Shown piece by piece: positions 1 to 6,802 of a stretch of DNA of 12,029 nt. This stretch comes from Polyangiales bacterium (GTDB lineage Bacteria > Myxococcota_A > Polyangia > Polyangiales > Polyangiaceae), in the NCBI GenBank assembly GCA_038231275.1, contig JBBRLQ010000066.1, positions 1 through 12,029 on the forward strand, read 5' to 3'. Within the stretch, counting starts at the first letter, position 1, and each line of letters starts with the position of its first letter. The translations under genes and the position numbers were made by a program. The notes below the pieces were generated by a model, which saw only the letters and a program-made list of their open reading frames with translations, did not search any database and had not been told where the DNA came from.

Positions 1-1
1 G

Positions 2-292
2 CTCGCGGCCGACGACGCGACGCTTGCGGCGACGGTCGCCGCCCTCGGCTCGCGCCTCCAGAACAGCCGCGGCGGGGCGTACACCGTCGCGCCGGGCGCG
101 TCGGACTACGGCGTGTGGTGGATCCGGACGTCGCTCGGCACCCCGATTTTCCAGCTCGCCGGCAACCTTCCCGGCGGCGTGACCCTCTTCAAGGCGGCGC
201 TCGTCGTGACGAACGCGTTCGGCGTGGCCCAGGCCGGGAACCTCTTCCGCGTCGACAATCCCGGGCTGGGCGGCGTCTGGACCCTCACGTGA
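2..292 (+). CDS. Partial (5'-truncated) phage virion structural/appendage protein
   Basis: Frame 2 is open from the window edge to TGA at 290-292 (not in ORF track): LAADDATLAATVAALGSRLQNSRGGAYTVAPGASDYGVWWIRTSLGTPIFQLAGNLPGGVTLFKAALVVTNAFGVAQAGNLFRVDNPGLGGVWTLT. GC3-biased codons. The Y-x-x-W...G-T-P-x-F...GG...VTN-x-x-G...R-x-DN-x-x-LG pattern resembles a beta-rich domain I recall in phage tail-associated proteins. Confidence 0.7.
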   Translation, partial: LAADDATLAATVAALGSRLQNSRGGAYTVAPGASDYGVWWIRTSLGTPIFQLAGNLPGGVTLFKAALVVTNAFGVAQAGNLFRVDNPGLGGVWTLT

Positions 293-294
293 GC

Positions 295-303
295 GAAGGA
301 GGG
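295..303 (+). promoter_or_regulatory. Shine-Dalgarno site for the 311 gene
   Basis: GAAGGAGGG ends 7 nt upstream of ATG 311. Confidence 0.8.
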
Positions 304-310
304 ATCCACC

Positions 311-1750
311 ATGCCTAGCGCCGTCGCCGGAAGTACCTACGTACCGGGCACCATCAAACCGAACGCCGGGCAAGAGTCCGTCCCGACGCACGCCGCGCAG
401 ACGGGCAAGGGGGGGCACCGCTCGAATTTCTCGGCGGCGGAATGGCTCGCGCGTGCGACGACAATCCCGGTCGGCTTGCGCGAGCTCGGCATGACGGTCG
501 CCGTAGAGAACGGCGACGGCACGCGAACGAAGTACGAACTGGACGCGATGCCCGACGCGTGGATCGTCGCGACCTCCGGATCGGGCGGCGGCTCGGCGGC
601 CGTCACGTCGACGACGGCGAGCTTCGTTCAGCCGAACAGCGGCAACCTCGTCACGATCCCCGTGCTGAGCTCCGCGGCGGCCGGCGTCGGGCAATGGCTC
701 CATGTGGAGGGGGGCGGCGAGTATCTCGTCGCCGCGATCGTCGACTGGACGCACGTCCAGATCCAGAACAGCGCGCTCCTCGGCAACGCCGTCTTTGGGA
801 CGACGATCCCGACCGGGCGCCGCGTGACGACAAGCGGATCGCCCGGCGTCGCCGGAGATCCGGGCGCCACGGGTCCGGCCGGCGCCACGGGTCCGGCCGG
901 CGTCGCCGGGGGCGCCGGGCCGACCGGCGCCGCAGGGCCGACTGGCGCCACGGGTCCGGCCGGGCCGACCGGAAACACCGGAGCGGCGGGAGCGGCCGGC
1001 GTCGCCGGAGCGGCCGGCGCAACGGGCCCGGTCGGCGCCGTCGGCGCGACGGGTCCCGCCGGAGCGGCGGGAGCGGCCGGCGTCGCTGGAGCGGCGGGCG
1101 CGGTCGGCGCCACGGGCCCGGCCGGGCAGGCGGCCTATACGACGCTCGGCGCCGCGTTCACACAGCCGGCGCCGGGCGCGACGGTCAACGCCACGGTCGG
1201 ATCGTCGGCATGGCTCGCCGTCGGCTCGCCGGTCTTCGTCGCCGGCGGCGGGCTCTATACCGTGACGGCGCTCCCGGACGCTACGCACGCGACGATCCGA
1301 AACGAAGGGGCGGCGCTGAACGCGGCGACGGGGGCGACCGTCGCAAGCGGCGCGAAGATGATCGTCAGCGGCTCGCCGAGCGGCACGATCACGCTCGCGC
1401 AGTCTTTCACGATCCTGGGCACGACGACGGCGCCACAGACGCTCGCGACCTCCGTAGCGCTCCCGACGCCGGGCATGGCCGACGTGCTCGCCACGGTTCG
1501 GATCCGGGACACGAATGACGCGACCGGCGGACCGTCCGTCTACCGGATCGATCTCGTAGGCACGTACCGGCGCAGCACTCCCGACGGCGTCGTCAGCGTG
1601 ATCGGGCCGACGCCGAACGGCCAAGGGGGGCCGCTCCTTAACGTGACCGCGCAGCTCTCGCCGGTCGCCGGCGCCGTCGCCGTCATCGTCACCAACTCCA
1701 CCGGCGTCGACCTGGTCGTACACGTGACGCTGGAAGCTGTGGTGATCTGA
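311..1750 (+). CDS. Collagen-like fibre/spike protein (479 aa)
   Basis: Strong RBS. N-terminal PTH...GKGGHR...IP..LR..GM.V.V motif typical of phage fibre-associated proteins. 33 uninterrupted Gly-X-Y triplets flanked by two copies of a ~78-aa domain. Beta-rich C-terminal domain. Confidence 0.85.
   Translation: MPSAVAGSTYVPGTIKPNAGQESVPTHAAQTGKGGHRSNFSAAEWLARATTIPVGLRELGMTVAVENGDGTRTKYELDAMPDAWIVATSGSGGGSAAVTSTTASFVQPNSGNLVTIPVLSSAAAGVGQWLHVEGGGEYLVAAIVDWTHVQIQNSALLGNAVFGTTIPTGRRVTTSGSPGVAGDPGATGPAGATGPAGVAGGAGPTGAAGPTGATGPAGPTGNTGAAGAAGVAGAAGATGPVGAVGATGPAGAAGAAGVAGAAGAVGATGPAGQAAYTTLGAAFTQPAPGATVNATVGSSAWLAVGSPVFVAGGGLYTVTALPDATHATIRNEGAALNAATGATVASGAKMIVSGSPSGTITLAQSFTILGTTTAPQTLATSVALPTPGMADVLATVRIRDTNDATGGPSVYRIDLVGTYRRSTPDGVVSVIGPTPNGQGGPLLNVTAQLSPVAGAVAVIVTNSTGVDLVVHVTLEAVVI
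836..1132 (+). repeat. Collagen Gly-X-Y repeat region (33 triplets)
   Basis: [15 protein letters not shown] ... GPA GQA. Exact DNA repeats GGCGCCACGGGTCCGGCC at 863-880, 881-898 and 944-961, and a 26-bp repeat at 980-1005 and 1061-1086. Confidence 0.95.
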
Positions 1751-3600
1751 TGGCCACGGCGGCCAGCGAGCGCCGGCGGCTCTTCACGGTGCCGGATCCG
1801 TCGACGGCGCCCGACCTCCTCGGCTGGTGGCAAGTCGAGCGCGGCACGATCACGGCGTCGGGCGCCGTGACTGGGCTCACGGATCTGAAAGGGAACGCCG
1901 CCCACAACGCTCAACTTATCAGCGGCGTCGACGCGCCGGCGCGCGTGGCGAGCGCCGCGCTCGGCGGGAAAGCGGCGCTCCGGTACTCGCGATCGACCGC
2001 GGGCTGTGGTCTCTACTTTCCGCTGCCGTGGACGCTGCCGTTCACGTGCTACATCGCGATGGCCTTCGCGGCGAACGTCGGGATCTACCAGATATTTTTC
2101 GACACGCCGACGCAGCGCCCACGGCTCTACACCTATCCCGGCGGGCCGCCCGATGGCCTGGTGATCAATGGCGGAAATCAGGTAGTTCCCGGCGTGAACA
2201 TGGGGACGAGCGGGCTCGCGCTCGCGCAAGTCTGGCGCGCGACCGGCCAGCTCACGAACGTTGCCAAGTCGAGCGAGACGCCAGACTACGAAGGCGACCT
2301 CGGAGCGACGACGACGAGCGGCGTCGGCTTCAACTTCGGGATCAACGGCGGCAACACGCCTGTGTACGCGTTCGCGGGAGACATGGCCGAGATCCTGTGG
2401 TTCGGCGTGGCGCACGCGAAGGAAGAGCGGCGGCGCTGGCTGAACTACCTAAACTCGCGCTACTTCATGCCGATCGACAGCGATCCGCCGGGCTCGATCT
2501 ATCGCGTGAAGATGAATCGCAGCGTATACGCGGACAACGTCGCGGCGACCGTCCCGGTAAGCGCATGCCTCACGGCAACGGGCGCGCTTCGATTGCAGAT
2601 GCGCGGAACGGTCGCGGGCGCGTCGTACAATACCCGCCTCGAGTCGCTGATCGGCCAGTGGAACGCCGGCGCCGGGCCGGCGGCGTACCGTCGCGGCTCG
2701 CCGGCCGGCGTCGCCGCCGTCGTCGGCTCGGTCGAGAACCTCGCCGCCGCGAACATGGCTAGCGTGTCGGGCGAAGAGGCTGAGCTCTTCGTGGCGCTCG
2801 GCGGCGGCATGGCGCCGGAGGTGGCGCACCGCGACGGGTCCGGGCTCGGCTGGCTACGGGCCGCCATGACAAGCGCGGCGACGTCTCCCGCCATCGTGGG
2901 CGCGACCGGAAATCTCCTCGTAGGTGCCGACGGCGTGCACAACTCGCTTAACCGAATCCTGCGCGAAGTCGTGGCGTACCGCGACGCCGCGTATCCCCCC
3001 GGGCTCCCGGACTACGCGGCGCCGCAAAATACCATCGTATCCGGGACGCTCGCTCTTTTTGGCAACACCTACTTCGGCAACGAGCTCGACGGCGGTCTCG
3101 CGCTCTACACGTCAGGGCGCATCGCGAAGGATCACGCACTGCCGCGCACGTACGCCGTCGTCGCGGCTCTGATCTCCGCGATTGACGCGACGGCGCTCGA
3201 CGCCACGCCCGTATCGGGCGGCGTCAATACCCTGTGCGTCTACCTCGGCCAACATGACATCGTCGTCGGCTCGACTCCGGCGACGGCGTATGCCGCGCTC
3301 AAAACGTTTCTCACGGCGAGACGCGCGAACGGATGGGGCAAAATCATCGTGGGCACCTTGATCTCGGACGCCGTGTTAACGCGCGCGAACGCGGACGCGT
3401 TCAACGCACTCTTGCGTCAGTCTGAGTTCGTACCGGCGTACGCCGACGCGCTCGCAGACTTCGCGGCCGACGCGACGATCGGCGCCGTCAACTACTCGAG
3501 CACCGCGGCTAATTTCCCGACGACGACGTCGCTCTCCGGGCTCGGCGCGCGCCTCTTTTCTGCGGTGCTTGCGCCGGTCGTTAGCGGGTTGCTCGCATGA
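1750..3600 (+). CDS. Putative receptor-binding/spike protein: N-terminal LamG/concanavalin-A-like domain and C-terminal degenerate SGNH/GDSL-hydrolase-like domain (616 aa)
   Basis: TGATG coupling to the upstream gene. N-terminal W...V..LTDLKGN..H...GGK.AL...GDMAEILWF...ER....YL..RY matches the LamG-like pattern. C-terminal LFGNT...YLGQHD...RRANGW.KIIVGT...FNALLR...ADALADFAAD..IG follows SGNH block order. Confidence 0.75.
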   Translation: MATAASERRRLFTVPDPSTAPDLLGWWQVERGTITASGAVTGLTDLKGNAAHNAQLISGVDAPARVASAALGGKAALRYSRSTAGCGLYFPLPWTLPFTCYIAMAFAANVGIYQIFFDTPTQRPRLYTYPGGPPDGLVINGGNQVVPGVNMGTSGLALAQVWRATGQLTNVAKSSETPDYEGDLGATTTSGVGFNFGINGGNTPVYAFAGDMAEILWFGVAHAKEERRRWLNYLNSRYFMPIDSDPPGSIYRVKMNRSVYADNVAATVPVSACLTATGALRLQMRGTVAGASYNTRLESLIGQWNAGAGPAAYRRGSPAGVAAVVGSVENLAAANMASVSGEEAELFVALGGGMAPEVAHRDGSGLGWLRAAMTSAATSPAIVGATGNLLVGADGVHNSLNRILREVVAYRDAAYPPGLPDYAAPQNTIVSGTLALFGNTYFGNELDGGLALYTSGRIAKDHALPRTYAVVAALISAIDATALDATPVSGGVNTLCVYLGQHDIVVGSTPATAYAALKTFLTARRANGWGKIIVGTLISDAVLTRANADAFNALLRQSEFVPAYADALADFAADATIGAVNYSSTAANFPTTTSLSGLGARLFSAVLAPVVSGLLA

Positions 3601-3791
3601 CGGCGGCGGCGCTTTGCTTCTGGCCGCCGCCGGCCGGCGCCGGGTGTACGCGGCCCGCGGTGCGCTTGCGCGCCGACCGCGCCGGGCGCGCGTGGCTCCC
3701 GGCGTGCGCCGAGCATTGCGCCGACGCCGCACCATCGGATCTGATGCCAGAAGGCGCTTGGCTACTGCCGCCGGAGGACCCCGCACCATGA
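3597..3791 (+). CDS. Small Cys/His-containing hypothetical protein (64 aa)
   Basis: ATGA overlaps at both ends (3597-3600 and 3788-3791). C-x9-C ... C-x2-H-C could bind metal. Confidence 0.55.
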   Translation: MTAAALCFWPPPAGAGCTRPAVRLRADRAGRAWLPACAEHCADAAPSDLMPEGAWLLPPEDPAP

Positions 3792-4543
3792 CAAACCGCC
3801 GCGAAGTGAAGATCGGATTTTCGGAGGTCCCGGCCGGGCGCGGTCAGCTCGGCGTCGCGACGTTCGACGTCGGCGGCGATGCCGCGAAGGCGCTCACCGT
3901 GGGGATCTCCGGGCGCGTGCGGCCCTGGTCGACCGACGGCGGCGGGCACTTCGAGACGAGCTCGACGCCGAACCGGCGGATCCGGGCGTGGCTCGAGTAT
4001 GGCGGCGGCGCGTCGACCAACCGGCGCGAAGTTCCGGTCGGGAAGCGTTTCGGCGTCGTCGCTTCAGGCGTGCGCGTCTTCGTCGAGGTCTGGACGAACG
4101 AGCGCGGCGCGTCGACGCCGGCCGCCGCCGGCGACTCGCTCGGCGAAGTTGAGGTCTACATCGGCGAGGGGGTCGCCAACGCCGCCTACCCGTCGCTGTG
4201 GTTCGACGCCGAGACGAACACGAGCGGCGACGCGCGCGACGGGAAGACGCTGAACGACGGCGGGCTCTGGTCGGTCGATCCGCTCGTGCTCCTCAGTGTC
4301 GTCGGGGTGAACGGCGGAACGGACAAACGCTATCTCCAAGTCTTCGACAGCTCGACGGTCGGAAACAATCTCGTCTTCTCTGTCCCCGTCGCCGCGGGTG
4401 ATCCCTTCGCGATCGATCTCTCCAACTCCGGCGGCCGGGCGTTCGCGCACGGCATCTCGTGGGCCGTATCGTCGACGCCTGGGAGCTACACCGCGGACTA
4501 CTCCGCGGCGTTCCAGGTCGCCGCAGAGGTCCTGTTCCTATGA
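3788..4543 (+). CDS. Two-domain beta-strand-rich virion protein (251 aa, starts MTNRREVKIG)
   Basis: Start reassigned from 3569 to ATG 3788, which has GGAGGA upstream and an ATGA overlap. Alternating hydrophobic beta pattern. C-terminal N-G-G-x3-RYLQVFD...VFSVPVAAG...F-x-x-GISWAVSST resembles small phage beta-sandwich proteins. Confidence 0.7.
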   Translation: MTNRREVKIGFSEVPAGRGQLGVATFDVGGDAAKALTVGISGRVRPWSTDGGGHFETSSTPNRRIRAWLEYGGGASTNRREVPVGKRFGVVASGVRVFVEVWTNERGASTPAAAGDSLGEVEVYIGEGVANAAYPSLWFDAETNTSGDARDGKTLNDGGLWSVDPLVLLSVVGVNGGTDKRYLQVFDSSTVGNNLVFSVPVAAGDPFAIDLSNSGGRAFAHGISWAVSSTPGSYTADYSAAFQVAAEVLFL

Positions 4544-5022
4544 TCGCGCCGCCGCCGCGCCCGCCGCCGCGTCCCGCGCCGTACCTCGAGCCCGACGCGA
4601 CGGCCCTCGTCGAAGTGCCGCCCGTGATCGCGAGCGTCCCGCCGCCGCCGGGCGTTCCGACGATGAGCGTCCGCGTCCCGTCGCTCACGCCGGGCGGCGC
4701 GCCGGGTCTGCTCACCGGACCGCCCGGAACACAGCTCACGATCCCGGGCCTGCCGCCGTCGCTCGCGCGATGGGGACGCGCGCACGCGTTCCCCCTTCTG
4801 GTGCTCGCCGTCGTGGCGGGCCTGACGTGGTTCGACCGCCTGCCCGCGGGCGTGCTCACGGCGCTCTTCTCGCTCCTCGTCGGCGTGCAGATCGAGCGGC
4901 CGCGCGTCGCGGGCGAGGGGCCGATCGTCCTCGCGACGGTGCCGCCGATCTCCTCGAGCTCCTCGAGCTCCTCGAGCTCGCCGCCCGGCGCGGGACCGCC
5001 GGCACCGGGGGTCCTCGCATGA
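4540..5022 (+). CDS. Proline-rich protein with two predicted TM helices; holin-like or virion membrane protein (160 aa)
   Basis: Start reassigned to ATG 4540 (ATGA overlap). Hydrophobic segments AFPLLVLAVVAGLTWF and LPAGVLTALFSLLVGVQI. Lies directly upstream of, and is coupled to, the transglycosylase gene. Confidence 0.65.
   Translation: MIAPPPRPPPRPAPYLEPDATALVEVPPVIASVPPPPGVPTMSVRVPSLTPGGAPGLLTGPPGTQLTIPGLPPSLARWGRAHAFPLLVLAVVAGLTWFDRLPAGVLTALFSLLVGVQIERPRVAGEGPIVLATVPPISSSSSSSSSSPPGAGPPAPGVLA
4951..4980 (+). repeat. 9-bp tandem repeat (TCCTCGAGC x3 + TCG) encoding poly-Ser
   Basis: Read directly from the sequence; in-frame unit length. Confidence 0.9.
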
Positions 5023-5798
5023 ATCCGATCACGCCGCGCGCGTTCCAGATCCTCACAAACGACGCCGTTGCCCTCGGCGTGAACCCGCACGACTGGGCGC
5101 TGCTCATCTACAGCGAGAGCACGTGGAACCCGCGCGCGAAGAACGCCGCCGGCTACTACGGGCTCAATCAGATCGGCCCCAACGAGCTCCGCGCCGTCGG
5201 GTGGACGGGCGGCGTCGACGCGTGGCTCGCAACGTCAATCGAGGGGCAGCTTCCCTACGTGACGAGGTTCTTCCGCTCGAAAATAACCGGCATCCCTGGC
5301 GCCATCGCGGGCGCGAGCGCCGGGCACATGTACGCGGCGAATTTCCTCCCGGCGCGCGTGCGTCCCCTGCCCGGATCCTCGATCGCGTCGGGGCGCACGA
5401 CGGCGACGGCCGACGACATCGATTACCCGCTCACCGTCCGTGGGGAGGGGCACAACTTCTACGAGCAAAACGCCGTCTTCGACGCGGACGGCAAGGGCAC
5501 GATCACGATCCGGGACATGGGCAACACGCTCCGCCGTCGCATGGCCCAAAATCCGAACGACACGCGCACCTTGATCGCCGGCGTCAACGCGGCGCTGGCG
5601 ACGCTCCGGATCAACTCACCGGAGCGCCGCGGGCCGACGCTCCCCGACGAGCGCGCGCACACGGTCACGATCGGAGAGGTGACGATCCGCGCCGGCGAGG
5701 GCGATCCGACCGCGGGCGGCAACGCGGGCAAGATCGTCGTCGGCGTGGTGCTTGCGGTCGCCGGGGGGATCGCCGCGAAGATGCTGTGGAAGGGGTGA
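5019..5798 (+). CDS. Lytic transglycosylase (SLT/lysozyme-like fold) with EF-hand-like loop and C-terminal TM anchor (259 aa)
   Basis: Start reassigned to ATG 5019 (ATGA overlap). Catalytic motif LIYSESTWNPRAKN, GLNQ motif, QLPYV, YAANFLPA, YEQNAVFDADGKGTITIRD. Terminal hydrophobic helix IVVGVVLAVAGGIAAKMLW. Confidence 0.85.
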   Translation: MNPITPRAFQILTNDAVALGVNPHDWALLIYSESTWNPRAKNAAGYYGLNQIGPNELRAVGWTGGVDAWLATSIEGQLPYVTRFFRSKITGIPGAIAGASAGHMYAANFLPARVRPLPGSSIASGRTTATADDIDYPLTVRGEGHNFYEQNAVFDADGKGTITIRDMGNTLRRRMAQNPNDTRTLIAGVNAALATLRINSPERRGPTLPDERAHTVTIGEVTIRAGEGDPTAGGNAGKIVVGVVLAVAGGIAAKMLWKG

Positions 5799-5802
5799 CG
5801 CG

Positions 5803-6069
5803 ATGCCGATGCGCCGGAAGGAGGAAACACAGGCGCTCAACCGGATGCGCGCAAAGCTCATGGCGCCCGACGATCCAGACGCCGGCGACCTCTTGAACGA
5901 GATCAACAACCTCGCGCAGCGGATCGCGCTGCAACCCGCCGACGAGCTCGAGTCCGATCCGGACGTCGCGCGCCGGCTCACGCTCCTTACGGTCCGCTTT
6001 GAACACTGGCGCCGCACGCAGCAGATGCGCGTGACGCCGCTCCCCCGACGAAAGGACGCCGCGAAATGA
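5803..6069 (+). CDS. Hypothetical helical protein (88 aa, starts MPMRRKEETQ)
   Basis: ATG 5803 is preceded by GGAAGGGG and lies 4 nt after the upstream stop. ATGA overlap with the next gene. Natural-looking charged helical sequence. Confidence 0.7.
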   Translation: MPMRRKEETQALNRMRAKLMAPDDPDAGDLLNEINNLAQRIALQPADELESDPDVARRLTLLTVRFEHWRRTQQMRVTPLPRRKDAAK

Positions 6070-6260
6070 AGCTGTGGATCGCTGTGATGGTGCTCGCCGC
6101 GCTCCCCGCGTGCGCGAGCGCGCCGACGCCAGCGCAGGAGTCGGCGGTGCGCGACGAGGGCAAGGAGCAAGCGGCGTGCGTCGCGAAGTACGAGACGAAG
6201 GAAGCGATCGACGCGTGCCGAAACCGCGTGCGCGCCTCGTTTGGAAGGATGCCGCGATGA
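6066..6260 (+). CDS. Small lipoprotein (64 aa), possibly spanin-like or an entry/exclusion protein
   Basis: MK, hydrophobic LWIAVMVLAA, lipobox-like LPA-C. Two further Cys residues could form a disulfide. Upstream AAAGGA. ATGA overlaps at both ends. Confidence 0.75.
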   Translation: MKLWIAVMVLAALPACASAPTPAQESAVRDEGKEQAACVAKYETKEAIDACRNRVRASFGRMPR

Positions 6261-6484
6261 GCGTCTCAGAAGACCTCCAGAAGATGGCGGCGGCGATCGC
6301 GCCGACCGTCGCGCCGATCATTCGCACCGTCGCCCTCGAGCTCCTCGGCATCGTGGCGAAGCTCATCACGAGCCGCGACACCGCGCGCGCGCTCCTCGAT
6401 GCGCAGTACGTCGCGATGGAGGCGGCGGTAGACGAACTCGAGGCGGCGAAGCTCGCCGCGCGCGCCGCCCTCAAGGCGCCGTGA
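6257..6484 (+). CDS. Small amphipathic/coiled-coil protein (75 aa, starts MSVSEDLQK)
   Basis: Start reassigned to ATG 6257 (ATGA overlap; GGAAGGA upstream). Moderately hydrophobic N-half and heptad-like C-half. Confidence 0.7.
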   Translation: MSVSEDLQKMAAAIAPTVAPIIRTVALELLGIVAKLITSRDTARALLDAQYVAMEAAVDELEAAKLAARAALKAP

Positions 6485-6660
6485 ACCGCGGCGCGCTCGG
6501 CTCGTCGGCGCTCGGCTCCGCGGTCGCCGCGGCCGTGACGCCCGACCCGTTTGGGCAAGGCATCCTCGCGGCGCTGGCGCTCGTCGGCGCGTTCCTGTTC
6601 CTCCGCGCCGCATGGCGCACGGCTCGCGCCCCCACCGAAGGAGATCAAAACCATGGCTAA
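6481..6660 (+). CDS. Small single-TM membrane protein (59 aa, starts MNRGALGSS)
   Basis: GTGA overlap. TM segment GILAALALVGAFLFL followed by basic RAAWRTAR. Confidence 0.6.
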   Translation: MNRGALGSSALGSAVAAAVTPDPFGQGILAALALVGAFLFLRAAWRTARAPTEGDQNHG

Positions 6661-6799
6661 GAAGAAGAACGCCGCGATCGAGATGCTCACCAACCCCTTG
6701 ACGCTGTTCATGGGGGCGCTCGTCGGCGGCGGCGTGCTCCTCGCCAAAGCGAACGCGAAGAAGGCGCCGCCGGCGCCGCCGGCGCCGCCGGGACGGTGA
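6653..6799 (+). CDS. Small single-TM membrane protein (48 aa, starts MAKKKNAAIEM)
   Basis: AAGGAG at 6638-6643 precedes ATG 6653. Basic N-terminus, TM segment LTLFMGALVGGGVLLA, APP x3 tail encoded by GCGCCGCCG x3 (6764-6790). Confidence 0.7.
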   Translation: MAKKKNAAIEMLTNPLTLFMGALVGGGVLLAKANAKKAPPAPPAPPGR

Positions 6800-6802
6800 C
6801 CT

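Noticed and set aside
836..1132. CRISPR array or DGR template/variable repeats
   Set aside because: The repeats are in-frame collagen codons without unique spacers. There is no adenine-specific repeat pair and no reverse transcriptase or cas gene in the window.
1..4543. Invertible fibre cassette controlled by the serine recombinase
   Set aside because: All structural genes are co-oriented, and I found no inverted alternative gene ends or flanking inverted crossover sites in the window.
3569..5018. N-terminal extensions given in the ORF track (starts 3569, 4398, 4459; likewise 6074, 6241, 6551, 7891, 8584, 9416, 10180)
   Set aside because: They overlap upstream genes with low-complexity translation. 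Internal starts with NTGA overlaps or an RBS fit better.
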